This document shows, in pieces, positions 36,871-49,600 of a stretch of 64,000 nucleotides of DNA. The translations under genes and the position numbers were made by a program. The stretch comes from Macrostomum lignano (Eukaryota). The notes below the pieces were generated by a model. The model was not told where the DNA came from. It worked only from the letters and a program-made list of their open reading frames with translations, and searched no databases. The stretch spans positions 1-64,000 of the forward strand of contig NIVC01002414.1 of assembly GCA_002269645.1 (NCBI GenBank). The letters run 5' to 3'. The first letter of the stretch is position 1, and every line of letters starts with the position of its first letter.

Positions 36871-37738
36871 AGTACAGATTTTCAGAAAAAAGTACACGTC
36901 CAAACGATGCTCAGTAAAAGCATCTAGAAAATTCGCTTACTATGACTCGAAATTCTTTCACCAAGGTTTTAGATTTTGTAAAAAAATCCTCCAACACGTT
37001 CAGTTTATACACTTTTTAGAAAATTAAAAAGGAAATATTTTCGCAAATGATTAATTTATTAGTTACTCAAATCAGACTTGTGAATTTTTCACGTCTCAAA
37101 CAAAAATGCGATTTGAAATCATAATAATCCCATAAAAGTACACACAAAAGAGCGCGCATCGCAGCAGTAATTATAGGGAGAAAAACTTGCTTCACCTCGA
37201 CGGCAGCGGAGCATTGCTTAAGAGGAAGTGCCGTGGGAATCGCGCCAATTTTCCCAACTCACAGCCTTCTATCCTTAGAGCGCGCTTACTCCCACGCAAG
37301 TGCAGAGATGCTGTGTTTTTCTTCTTCTGCAAGAGGAAAGAAGCTGAAAGCAGAAAAAAAGTTTTAAAAGCACAGGGAGGCAAGGGAGGAACTGGCTCTG
37401 TCTATCTGACTTTCTGTTTCTCTCTTAACTTCTCTGTTAGCGTTGACTGCAGTCTCACTGACTCTTTTTCTAGAGTTCTTTTGAAGGTCGTCGGGAGATC
37501 CACGGCTAAGCAACAGAGATGGAGATTCAACAGGACATCGGGACTGAAACTGTTGAAAAGCGCTGGCCAAACGCAGTTTAGTTTGAAAGCTGACAAACTT
37601 ATTTGTTTGACTGAAGTCGCTATATTTAAACCTTTTAAAAATAGTTATAGAGAGGAAAGTGGCAAAGAAACTTCTCCAGATTGTGAATTTTCGGCCTTTT
37701 GAAAGATCCATCTTTCGACGATGTTATACTTGAGCTCA

Positions 37739-37750
37739 CAAAATGGCGGC
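37739..37750 (+). promoter_or_regulatory. YY1-like motif CAAAATGGCGGC, possibly near the TSS of the downstream gene
   Basis: Motif match only, about 1.6 kb upstream of the ATG at 39381. No transcript evidence. Confidence 0.25.
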
Positions 37751-37884
37751 CTTAGTTAGTCTGACTGCCATGGCAATGCTATGTGTTTTAGTCTAAAGTT
37801 TTCTATTTTATTTATACTCGTAGTATTGTTGTTTTACATTGAAACGTTTTTTTTCTATTACTTGAATTAAAATTCGATGCTCTT

Positions 37885-38688
37885 TATTGTCCCATGACTG
37901 AGCGTGCGTTTTTGGTCCAAAAAGCGTGCATTAATCTTACAGTCTATGGCCCAACCCTATGCGGCGTAGCCAAAAAAGCGTGCAGATAATGAAAAAAGCG
38001 TGCAGATAATGAAAAAAGCGTGCAGATAATGAAAAAGCGTGCAGATAATAGCGTACAGCGCCACAAAAAACAGCAGTTTGCAAGCAACGTGCACACGAGG
38101 CTGCTAGGAGCATACGGCTGGCCATCAGTCTTGCGAAGAGTGCCGTAAAAGTAGCGCAGGCCAACGCTCAGCTCCTCAGGTTGCGAGGTGTCCAAATCGA
38201 CGCGCAGGTGCGGATACTTGGCCAAGAAATCGCGAAATTTCGCGACGTATTGGGCCTCATGCTTCTTAGACGATTTGACATCGGTCTCTTGCTCCAGCGC
38301 CCGGATTGATGCGTCAAGGTCGACCGAGGCCAAGTCGTCGTTCAAATCAGGGATGGAGTCGAATAGGCGGTTCAGCTCCTCGTTGTCGTCCACACTAGTT
38401 GATTGAAGACGTAACTGCTCGTCCACAAGCTTCTCAACGTCGGCCCACTCCAAATGGTGGGAGATCTCACCGGCCGTCATGCCGCTTCTCATGCCGTTAG
38501 GAAATAATGAATCCATATGTGGCCAAACTCACGATCAGAAGCTTGTGCATAGCAAGAAATTGTCTATGGTCACTAAGAAGATGTCTATGGTAGGAACTCC
38601 TAGCTGCAGGAACAAAAAGCGTGCAGATAATAAAGTACAGTGCTGTGACGAAGAATTTTTTCAACGCACGCTCAGTCATGGGACAATA
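37885..38688 (-). mobile_element. 804-bp non-autonomous Crypton/DUF3504-like element bounded by 26-bp inverted repeats
   Basis: TATTGTCCCATGACTGAGCGTGCGTT at 37885-37910 and its reverse complement at 38663-38688. Internal ORF from 38516 contains ELSVGLRYFYGTLRKTDGQPYAPSSL and is truncated at about 38095. Subterminal AAAAAGCGTGCAGATAAT repeats. Confidence 0.75.
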
Positions 38689-39380
38689 TGCCTACTACGA
38701 GCTACTAGGCTTTCGAGTGCGATTACATTATAGCTATTGTTTAAAATATCGAATATAAAATATTGAATTTTTGATTTTCTGCTCAGTATTTATTAAAAGA
38801 ACTTTTAGTTGAAGCAGAAAAAATGCTAGAATTAGCTCTAGACTAGAAGCTCAATAATCTACTTATTGTCATCGAGATCAGGGTGAGATTAGATGTGAGG
38901 CAGTGTCAGACCCTCTCTGTTAATTTAGGGTAAGATGGGAGTGTGAGAATAGATTTCTACAGATCAATCTCTTACCTTGGAATTAAGAGTATAAGAATAG
39001 ACACGAAGCAATCAGCTCTAATCCATTAAGATTAGATCAGTATTAGATTAGATCTGTATGAGATTTGATCAGTATGAGCTTAAATCAATATGAGATTAGA
39101 TCAATATGAGATTAGATATTAGGCAATCATCTCCAATCCATTAAGATCAGTATGAGATTAGATTCTATGGAATCATCTCCAATCCATTGAGATCAGTATG
39201 AGATTAGATATTAGGCAGTTAGCTCCAAGCTCCACTGTTTTGCACTTTAGGCAATTTACTTTACCAGAAGAACATTCAATTTGTAAAAGTACATTAAAAA
39301 CTTTGAAAGTACATTCAATTTGTAAAAGTACATTCAAAGCTTTAAAAGCACATTCAAAGTCCCCACTGTTACTTGCCAGC

Positions 39381-42300
39381 ATGACAACTACTCGAGCCCT
39401 GCTCGGCAGCATCGGCCGAGCCAAACCGGTCGAAGACGAGCCGTCAGCCAACAATCCCGAGTCTGGCAACAGTGACAATTTTAGCTACAAAGATGACGAC
39501 CAGATGGCGACGCCACCGCCGACGACGACGCAGCCGCCGTTGAAGCATCGATCAGCGTCATCCTCCGCTCGCAACTACTTGATGCGCCAAGACGCTGCCG
39601 CTGCTGCAGCTGCAACTGCGGCAACTTCAAAGTCGCCAGATTTTTCTTCGCCGTCGCCTCCGAGTCGCTTCCCGATGCCCGGCCCTCGCCGTTGGGTCCG
39701 ACTTGATCAGGACGCGTTGAGAGACGCCCTGAGGGAGGCCACGGCGAAGTTTGTCAACCAGCCGGCACTTGGCGTCACCCTGCATTGCAGCGGGGCGGAC
39801 AGCCTGGCTATGAGACACGCCGGCGCGTTGCCAAGGTTTCACACCGGCCTGCAGAGATTGCACGAGTTGGAGAGGCGACTGCACCTGCTGGAGCTGGATA
39901 GAAAGGTGATGGGGAAGGCGACGGGTTCGTATCTGTAGATGTCCAAGTTGAGATCTACAGATGTCCAAGTTGAGATCTATAGTTATCCAAGTTAAGATCT
40001 ATAGGTGTCCAAGTCTAGAGATCTATAGATGTCCAAGTTGAGAGATCTATGAATGTCCAATTCGAAATTAATAGATCCCAAATCAAGATGTCTAGATTCT
40101 CAAATTGATATGTCTAGATGCTCAAATCGAGATGTCTAGATGCTCAAATCGAGATGTCTAGATGACTTCATTTTCATCTCAACTAGATTGAAATCAATCC
40201 TAATCGTGTGCTCACTCCTTTCTTTTCCAGATTGCCAACCGACTGCGCGACCTGGCACTGCTAGCCGATCAAATCGATCGTATCCGAGATCACGAGGCCA
40301 ACCAGCTGGTGGACGCCAGGCGCCCTTCTTCATCATCGTCTGCCTCGGGCGCCAGTCGCTACGATTGCGCCGCCGTTGTCAGCTCGAAGCTGGGCTCGGC
40401 TAGGGCCCTGTGCGAGCGCCTCAGAGCCAGTCTGAGTCATGCTCAACACGTTCGATCCTACGTGCAGGCTAGCGCGCCACTGCAGGAGTGCCTGCCTTTG
40501 GCTAGGCCCGCCCTGGCTGCGTATAAAGACTCAGCGGATAGGCTGCTGTATCGGGCCTTGGCGTCTACTAGGGCTTTTCTGCAGGTTTGTTGCTTCTGTG
40601 CAATTTGGGATGTGGATGCTTTGGGGGATTTTTTGGGGTCTAGAGTCAAATATCTAGGATCTAGGGATCTAGGGATCCAGGATCAAGGGATCTAGGATCT
40701 AGGATCAAAGGATCTAGGATCAAGGGATCTATGATCTAGGAACTAGGATCTAGGGATTTAAAATCTAGAGATCTAGAATCTAAGAATCTCGATCTAGGGA
40801 TATAGGATCTAGGGATCTAAGATCAAGGGATCTAGGGTTATAGGATCTAGGGTTATAGGATCTAGGGATCTAAGATCAAGGGATCTAGGAACTAGGATCT
40901 AGGGATCTAGAATCTAATGGATCTAGAATCTAGGAACTAGGATCTAGGGATCTAGAATCTAGGGATCTCGGTCTAAGGATATAGGATCTAGGGATATAGC
41001 ATCTAGAGATATAGGATCTAGGGGTTTGGAATATAGCGCTTTGAGATCTAAGATTTTGTGTCGTGTCTAATATTTTGGCGAATGGAACTGTAATAAAAAA
41101 TAATTTACAATCTGATGGTTTCTGATCTGGGATTTGGGATTTACGTAGAGCTTGTCATCTCGGGTTAAATGTGGGATCCGAGGTGATTCGAGCCTCTGTG
41201 ACCCAGCGTTATTCGGCTATTTAATAAGAATTCATAAATAAAACCACAGGCCAGTCTCAGTGTGCTCGCCCGCACGGGCTTGGCCCGGCACACTCGGAGG
41301 ATCTATTCGAACTTTGCCGCGGCCTCGAAGAATTTAACAGCACTCTCGACCAGGTGAAATGGCAGCGCCGTCTGCTTAATAGGCGATGCTCGAATCTGGC
41401 CGAGTTTGCCGCTCCGTCAGAGGCTGTTGAAGATCTTCGACCGGTGACGTTCGCCCGGCTGATCAACCGGCTGGCGGAGGAGCGAGCCGAAGCGCCGGAG
41501 GTTGCGGTGCACCGGTTCTACTTTAACTGCGATGGATTGGCCGATGCAATTGCCGACTGCGGCACTGGCGGTGAGTGATAACCTGTAATAGGAGATTTAG
41601 TGTATTTGGACTAGCACTGTGTCCCCCTTAGGGGCCGTGAGTAGTAGCAGATTTAGTGTATGCGGACTAGCACTGTGTCCCCCTTAGGGGCCGTGAGTAG
41701 TAGCAGATTTAGTGTATGTGGACTAGCACTGTGTCCCCCTTAGGGGCCGTGAGTAGTAGCAGATTTAGTGTATGTGGACTAGCACTGTGTCCCCCTTAGG
41801 GGCCGTGAGTAGTAGCAGATTTAGTGTATGTGGACTAGCACTGTGTCCCCCTTAGGGGCCGTGAGTAGTAGCAGATTTAGTGTATGTGGACTAGCACTGT
41901 GTCCCCCTTGGGGGCCGCGAGTGACTGCCTAGTAGCAGATTTATTGTATGTGGACTAGCACTGTGTCCCCCTTAGGGGCCGTGAGTGACTGCCTAGTAGC
42001 AGATTTAGTGTATGTAGACTAGCACTGTTCCCCCTCCAGAACAGAATCGGATTAGCACAGAACAGAATCGGATTAGCACAGAACAGAATCGGATTAGCAC
42101 AGAACGGAATCGGATTAGCACGGAACGGAATCGGATTAGCACCAAAGAGAATCGGATTAGCATAGAACAGAATCAGATTAGCATCAAAGAGAATCCAATT
42201 ATCAGAAAAGAACCTGATAAAGTTTGAAAAAGCATAGTCAACACCGTCACCATCGCCCAACCACCCAGTCGACGTTGACGCCGCCCAAGCCTCCGCATCC

Positions 42301-44162
42301 GCCGCCGCCGTGGCCCTCCTGTCGGCTCAGACGTGTCCCATAACCGATTGGCTTCGAGCAGAGTGGGACTTTGCCAGCGGCCTGCTTGACTGTCTGGCGC
42401 AGAGCACCCAGCTGCTGCCGCGCCAGGGCGGCTCAAGCGCCGAATCCGACACAAGCACCATTGGCGGCAGCCATTCCACCGTTGTCGGCGGCCTGCTACG
42501 CAAAGATGACACCGTGGAGAATCTGGTCAGCGGTTTGAACTCTGAGCCGCCGGGGCCTCAGTCGCCGCCGCCACAGCCGCAGCCGCATTCACCTCCGAGT
42601 CAGTCAGCGGCGCCGCCTCCGCCACCGCCTCCGCTACCGCCGCAGCAGGCTCAATCGTCTCTGGCCGCCACTTCGACTTCAACTGCAGACGCACCGCCTG
42701 CGGCTAAAAAGAAGAAAAAGAAAGGCGTTCGCTGGTCGGATTATTCAGACGTGCCAGTCAGGCATCACGTTGTTGGCAAGTATCTGGAGCTTGTCTGGCG
42801 TCAGATTGACTATCGATTTCATCCTTACCGGACCATCGGCCTGAGCTGGGGCCCCGTGTCTGATGACAGCGATAGGGATAATAATCTAGGCTGCCTGTGG
42901 CTGCTGCCCCCGTCAGCTGTTGGCGCTATGGCTGATGCGGTTCGAGTGACAGCTAGCGAGACTAGCGGCCTGTTCCCCGCCAAGCCTGCCGCACTGCTAC
43001 CCTGCCTGCAGTCTCTGGCTCTGCGCCTGCAGCTGCACGCTTGTCAGGTAAGTCAGCTGGGGATGGCTAGGCAAAGCTGATTGGCGATTCTTGGAAGCTT
43101 TGTTCGGCTTTCTTGAGTTCCTCTTTTGGGGCAGTGTTGAGTTCACATTTTGGGGTTGTAGCTTAGAGGGGGCTGTAGCTTAGAGGGGGCTGTAGCTTAG
43201 AGGGGGCTGTAGCTTAGAGGGGGCTGTAGCTTAGAGGGGGCTGTAGCTTAGAGGGGCTGTAGCTTAGGGGGGGCTGTAGCTTAGAGGGGGCTGTAGCTTA
43301 GAGGGGGTTGTAGCTTAGAGGGGGTTTTAGCTTAGAGGGGGTTGTAGTTTAGAGGGGGCTGTAGCTTAGAGGGGGCTGTAGCTTAGTGGTCAGAGCGTCG
43401 GACTCATGACTGAAAAGTCGGGGTTCGATTCTCGACCCACTCGGAACAATTTGTGTCCTTGAGTAAGAGACACTTCACTCTGCATTGCTTGAGTTCCCCC
43501 AGCCGTAAAATGGGTGCCAGCATTAGCTGGGGTAACTCAGGGTGTGTGTGGCAACCCCCCCCCCCCCCAGTCCTTGGACTGAACAGCCGTACGCAGCCTT
43601 CAGATGCGCCGCACAATCGCTGCGGCTGAGCTGTCGGTTGCACATCTGGCCATTAGGGCAGAGGTAGTATATTTTGTATTATTATTATTATTTTGAAACG
43701 TATTAAGCTTGTGTTGAACAATTTTGAGCTCATTTTTTAGACCTATTGAGCTCATTTTGAGACGTATGGAGCATTTTCATACGTCTAGTGTCCAGCTTCC
43801 GCCCGCCAAAACTGCTGCAATCCTACACAAACAACTCAAATAACAGACCGAGTGGTTACGCGCCTTCGATCGTCACCTCGCTTTGTCTTCCCAATCGTCA
43901 ACAAGTCGTCGTCTTCGTCGTAGTTATAGCAACAGCCTAACAACAGCGGCATCCTTAGTAACACCGCCTACGCCGCAGCTGTTGCAGCCCTGCCTGAGAG
44001 CGGTGGCCCTGTGCTGCGCCGAGCTCTCCGATTGGCTGGCTGGCAGGCGGGGCGGCGCCTGTCGCGTGACGGCCAGCCAATTAGAAGCGCCCTTGGCTGC
44101 ACTCGCTGATTGGCTGGCGCTTCGCTGACCACCTGTCGTCCAAGCTGGACAGCCTGACTCAG
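39381..44162 (+). CDS. Left-arm copy of the large helical protein gene, truncated at the assembly gap
   Basis: Exon blocks at about 39381-39928, 40230-40585, 41262-41572, 42250-43047 and 43840-44162, mirroring 55247-50462. Single-G indels at about 41299 and 44112 relative to the right copy. Confidence 0.7.
40650..41050. repeat. GGATCTAG-based degenerate intronic repeat; mirrored at about 53578-53977
   Basis: Short tandem 8-16-bp units. Confidence 0.85.
41590..42190. repeat. 56-bp intronic minisatellite followed by a 21-bp minisatellite (AGAACAGAATCGGATTAGCAC); mirrored at about 52437-53037
   Basis: Unit GACTAGCACTGTGTCCCCCTTAGGGGCCGTGAGTAGTAGCAGATTTAGTGTATGTG repeated about 7-8 times, then the 21-mers. 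Confidence 0.92.
43155..43385. repeat. 17-bp minisatellite (AGGGGGCTGTAGCTTAG) made from the 5' end of the adjacent SINE; mirrored at 51242-51472
   Basis: About 13 copies. The last copy runs directly into TGGTCAGAGCG of the tRNA-like head. Confidence 0.9.
43371..43692 (+). mobile_element. tRNA-derived SINE with a CORE-like domain and (TAT)n tail
   Basis: A box TAGCTTAGTGG, anticodon arm tcggactCATgactga (Met-like), B box GGTTCGATTC. The segment gtgtccttgagtaagagacactt...gtaaaatggg resembles the CORE-SINE domain. Tail tattattattatt. Confidence 0.8.
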
Positions 44163-44366
44163 NNNNNNNNNNNNNNNNNNNNNNNNNNNNNNNNNNNNNN
44201 NNNNNNNNNNNNNNNNNNNNNNNNNNNNNNNNNNNNNNNNNNNNNNNNNNNNNNNNNNNNNNNNNNNNNNNNNNNNNNNNNNNNNNNNNNNNNNNNNNNN
44301 NNNNNNNNNNNNNNNNNNNNNNNNNNNNNNNNNNNNNNNNNNNNNNNNNNNNNNNNNNNNNNNNNN
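44163..44366. other. Assembly gap (204 N)
   Basis: Run of N. Confidence 1.
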
Positions 44367-44462
44367 GAGAAAAAGTGATGAGGGACAGGGAGGGAGAGAG
44401 TGAGGGGAGGAAATCACTGAGCTGTGAAGCTTTAAAAATCCCTTAGCTAAGTGTAACCAAGT

Positions 44463-45085
44463 CAGAGGAGAGAGGGGTTAGACAGAGGGGAGAGGGGTTA
44501 GACAGAGGGGAGAGGGGTTAGACAGAGGGGAGAGGGGTTAGACAGAGGGGAGAGGGGTTAGACAGAGGGGAGAGGGGTTAGACAGAGGGGAGAGGGGTTA
44601 GACAGAAGAAAGTGAGGTTAGACAGAGGGGAGAGGGGTTAGACAGAGGGGAGAGGGGTTAGACAGAAGAAAGTGAGGTTAGACAGAGGGGAGAGGGGTTA
44701 GACAGAGGGAGAGGGGTTAGACAGAAGAAAGTGAGGTTAGACAGAGGGGAGAGGGGTTAGACAGAAGAAAGTGAGGTTAGACAGAGGGGAGAGGAGTTAG
44801 ACAGAGGGGAGAGGGGTTAGACAGAAGAAAGTGAGGTTAGACAGAGGGGAGAGGGGTTAGACAGAAGAAAGTGAGGTTAGACAGAGGGGAGAGGGGTTAG
44901 ACAGAAGAAAGTGAGGTTAGACAGAGGGGAGAGGAGTTAGACAGAGGGGAGAGGGGTTAGACAGAAGAAAGTGAGGTTAGACAGAGGGGAGAGGAGTTAG
45001 ACAGAGGGGAGAGGGGTTAGACAGAAGAAAGTGAGGTTAGACAGAGGGGAGAGGAGTTAGACAGAGGGGAGAGGGGTTAGACAGA
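44463..45085. repeat. 20-bp minisatellite (GACAGAGGGGAGAGGGGTTA)
   Basis: Tandem copies with a GAAGAAAGTGAGG variant. Confidence 0.95.
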
Positions 45086-45425
45086 AGAACTAGAGGTTAG
45101 AAGAAATAGAGCCAGAGGTTACTGGCTCAATTTAGTTCGAACTGTAAATTCGCCCACGCATCGCATAGTTTAATAAGTCGGTTGTGCCTACTTTATACCT
45201 GCATTTAATTGTTCATAAAGCCGGCCACTAAGCTAACAGAGATTAGCTAGTATCAAGCTACTTTCTAATCGCGCACACAAAAAATGTGCGTTAGGAAATT
45301 GCTAAAAATAGATCAGCTATATCGGTAGTTAACTCTCGCTCCCCCAAAGGCGGTGAAAGATGCCATTCTGCATACGCGTTCGCACACGGCAAAGAAGCGG
45401 AGAAGGAAGAGGAGGGACGGAAATG

Positions 45426-45486
<61 letters not shown>

Positions 45487-46059
45487 AAGCCAAATAAAGT
45501 GCATCATGGTACAGCATAGAGCCGGATGTAGGGCGAGTGAGTAGATAGCAGAGCATATGCTTGTTAAGAATGATGCGAAGGAGGGAGGGGCGAGTATAGA
45601 TCGATTCTAAGCCATCCAATCCGAATATAGCATGTAAGCCTGAGCTCTCGCCATGCCCCATCTCTCTCCCTCCCTCCCTTGCAAGAGCTGGGTATGGGCA
45701 AGGCAGAAAAAAATTGGAGATGAAGAATGTCGAAGGAATTTTTGGCGCACCCGCCCACTCCTTCCCGGCCTGTTGTTTCTCCTTTCGTGCGTCCCGCAGC
45801 CTCCGCTTCATCATGTTTTATTTTAATCCTCCCGTGTCGCCGAGTAAGCCAGCTATTCCAGCATCTGCTCAAAAATAGACACACTTGCTGGCTGCCCATT
45901 TTTGTAACTAAACAGCCTGGAATCTTTGCAATATTTTTCTAAACTAAGTATTGACAATTATAGGGTTGAAGACAAAACGGGGGCGGTTGCGAACTTATAT
46001 TCATCCTCAAGAGTGATAGGGCTTGTAATTTTACTTCTGTGCTTGCACTTAGACGGACA

Positions 46060-46074
46060 CTGAGACAGACAAGC

Positions 46075-46127
<53 letters not shown>

Positions 46128-46182
46128 CACAGACACACAGACAGACAGACAGACATACAGACAGACAAGCAGACAGACGGAC

Positions 46183-46218
<36 letters not shown>

Positions 46219-46222
46219 GGAC

Positions 46223-46291
<69 letters not shown>

Positions 46292-46382
46292 CACAGACAC
46301 ACAGACAGACAGACAGACATACAGACAGACAAGCAGACAGACGGACAGATAGACAGACAGATAGACAGACAGACAGACGGAC

Positions 46383-46423
<41 letters not shown>

Positions 46424-46426
46424 GGC

Positions 46427-46465
<39 letters not shown>
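46060..46465. repeat. (CAGA)n microsatellite
   Basis: Read directly. A (GA)n tract also lies at 45428-45484. Confidence 0.95.
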
Positions 46466-46645
46466 TAAAGTCACCCTGATTCCAGTGATTTACAAGGAAC
46501 TCTTGCCCCAAAATAGAAGCCCTACCCGGGCGCTCTCAGGCCAAGGGAAAATCATGTTTTTGCGTTCTTTTCTGCTTAAAGGGGAAATGTTATTGAACGA
46601 AATTGCCCATCGCCTGACATTGACAGAGTTTGCCCGCAGCTATCA

Positions 46646-49600
46646 CTAGGATTCGCTGATTAAGTCGGGGATAAATAGGAGCGATAAATTGTAACTCGTG
46701 ACAGCAGAGTCTGCTGGGAGGGGCTGATCTGTACCCGTACAATCCTTCGCACTTGTAGATGCACAGATTGTAAACATTTTTATTATGGTTTCAGTATAAC
46801 ATACAGAAAGACAGGCATTAAGACAGAGTGACAGACGGACACAGATAGAGTGACAGACGGACACAGGCAGGTGAACAGTCAGACAGGAACAGACACAGTG
46901 ACAGACAGACGGACACAGACAGAGTGACAGACAGACGGACACAGGTAGAGTGACAGACAGACAGACGGGCACAGACAGAGTGACAGACAGACGGACACAG
47001 ACGGAGTGACAGACAGAGTGACAGACAGACGAACACAGGCGGAGTGACAGACAGAGTGACAGACAGATGGGCACAGACGGAGTGACAGACAGAATGACAG
47101 ACAGACGAACACAGACGGAGTGACAGAAAGACGGGCACAGACAGAGTGACAGACAGTCGGACACATACAGAGTGACAGACACAGGCAGAGTGACAGACAG
47201 GGTGACAGACAGAGTGACAGACAGACGGGCACAGACAGAGTGACAGACACAGACAGAGTGACAGGCGGAAACAGATAGAGTGACAGACGACACAGGCAGG
47301 TTAACAGTCAGACGGGCACAGACACAGTGACAGGCAGGCGGGCACAGACAGAGTGACAGATGCTCACCTGAGGCTTGCCCGACCTCGCCAATTCAACAGC
47401 GGACGACGCCGCAGCAGCAGCCGCAGCCGAGGCAGAATTCGTGCCAACAGTTGACGCAGCCGACGCCGCCGACGCGCCACCAGCTGTCGACGATCTCGAC
47501 GGCGAAGGTGAGGGCGACGCGGAGGCGGCCCGAGCGGCGGCTGCGATGGTGGCGGCAATGGTAGCCGCGGCAGCCGCGGCGGCGGCCACAGACGATGACG
47601 AACAGCAGCCTGGCGGCAGCAGCAGCACGCTGGTCGGCAAGCTGCCGCACGAAGCCGTCCTGGAGACCGGCTGGCGCCGGCGCAACAGTCGAATACCGGC
47701 TCGAAGCTGGCGAATCGAGTCCAGATCGGCGAGTCGAGCAGCCAACACCGGCTCGTCTGGCAGCGAGGCGGCGAGGTAGGCGGCCAGCCGGTCAACCTCG
47801 GATTCGAGGTGTCGAGCGGCCCGAGGCCCCAGACAAGCCCCGACCGGTTCGGCGGCCTCGCAACGTCGGCGACGTCTCAACAGCAGCTCGGCGCTCCAGG
47901 TGGCCGCCAGTGCGGCTACTGGCTGGGCGAGCAGCTCCAGTCGGTGATCCGATTCCGCTTCGCCGAGGCCTCTGGCGCCGGCCAGCATAGGGCCGAGGCA
48001 ACCGTCGAATAGTGTGTCGGTGGCGGCCGTGGCTGCTGCCGGCGCAGCGCCTCCGGCGGCTACGACAGATGACGCGGTCGGCGGCGGCGAGGCCATCTCG
48101 GCTAGTTGCCAGGCGCGCTCGGCGCTGGGGAAAAAGGCGCCAAGATGGCGCCTGGCGCGGGATAGGCACCTGGAGGGTTGGGAAGGGGTGAGGAGTAGAT
48201 TCTATCTCAATCCCTACCCATTCTATCTCAATCCCTACCGATTCTATCTCAAACCCTACCGATTCTATCTCAATCCTTATCGATTCTATCTCAATCCCTA
48301 CCGATTCTATTTCAATCCCTACCCATTCTATCTCAATCCCTACCCATTATATCTCAATCCTTATCGAGTCTATCTCAATCCTTATCGATTCTATCTCAAT
48401 CCTTATCGATTCTATCTCAATCCTTATCGATTCTATCTCAATCCCTGCCGATTCTATCTCAATTTCTACCGATTCTATCTCAATTTTTACCTATTCTATC
48501 TCAATCCCTGCCGATTCTATCTCAATTTCTACCAATTTTATCTCAATTTTTACCGATTCTATCTCAAACCCTACCGATTCTATCTCAATCCCTACCGATT
48601 CTATCTCAATCCCTATTGAGTCTATCTCAATTTCTACCGATTCTATCTCAAACCCTACCGATTCTATCTCAAACCCTACCGATTCTATCTCAATCCCTAC
48701 CGATTCTATTTCAATCCCTACCGATTCTATCTCAATCCCTACCGATTCTATCTCAATCCCTACCGATTCTATCTCAATCCCTACCGATTCTATCTCAATC
48801 CCTACCGATTCTATCTCAATTTTACCGATTCTATCTCAATTACCTATTCTATCTCAATCCCTACCGATTCTATCTCAAACCCTACCGATTCTATCTCAAT
48901 CCCTACCGATTCTATCTCAATCCCTACCGATTCTATCTCAATCCCTATCTCAGATTCTATCTCAATCCCTACCGATTCTATCTCAAACCCTACCGATTCT
49001 ATCTCAATCCCTACCGATTCTATCTCAATCCCTACCGATTCTATCTCAATCCCTATTGAGTCTATCTCAATCCCTATTGAGTCTATCTCAATCCTTATCG
49101 AGTCTATCTCAATCCTTATCGAGTCTATCTCAATCCTTATCGAGTCTATCTCAATCCTTATCGAGTCTATCTCAATCCTTATCGATTCTATCTCAATCCC
49201 TACCGATTCTATCTCAATCCCTACCGATTCTATGTCAATCCCTACCCATTATATCTCAAACCCTATCGATTCTATCTCAATCCCTACCGATTCTATCTCA
49301 AAATGGAACGATTCCATCTTAAATTGTACCGATTTTCTCTCAAATCCTACTGACCATTTTCTATCTCAACTTCCAAGCAAGTTAAATCAAATTGAATCAT
49401 GAGCAACCCTCATTGCAATATTTCAAAATGGAGAGTGATAAGCATAGATATTAGGGTAAAAGAGCCGGGTGCAGACACGGAAAATTCAAGCAAGAAGATC
49501 ACGCCACATTTTTCCCTGTGTTCAGTCGCGAGGATAAAGTTCGGCAGGATGACACCCGACACCCCGACACGGATCTGACGTGAACCAATTCTTCAACTCT

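Larger units (their letters stand above)
27466..44162. repeat. Inverted duplication, left arm (ends at the N gap)
   Basis: Reverse complement of 50462-64000. Mirrored ORFs include 28301..28681/62785..63165, 35017..35277/59355..59615 and 42310..43080/51547..52317. Confidence 0.97.

Noticed and set aside
37187-37711. ORFs of 171 and 115 aa (mirrored at 56916-57440)
   Set aside because: Non-ATG or weak starts, no motifs and no splice support. Their recurrence is explained by the duplication.
43371-43445. Functional tRNA-Met gene
   Set aside because: The acceptor and anticodon stems pair poorly, and the sequence continues into a CORE-like body and simple-repeat tail, so it is a SINE head.
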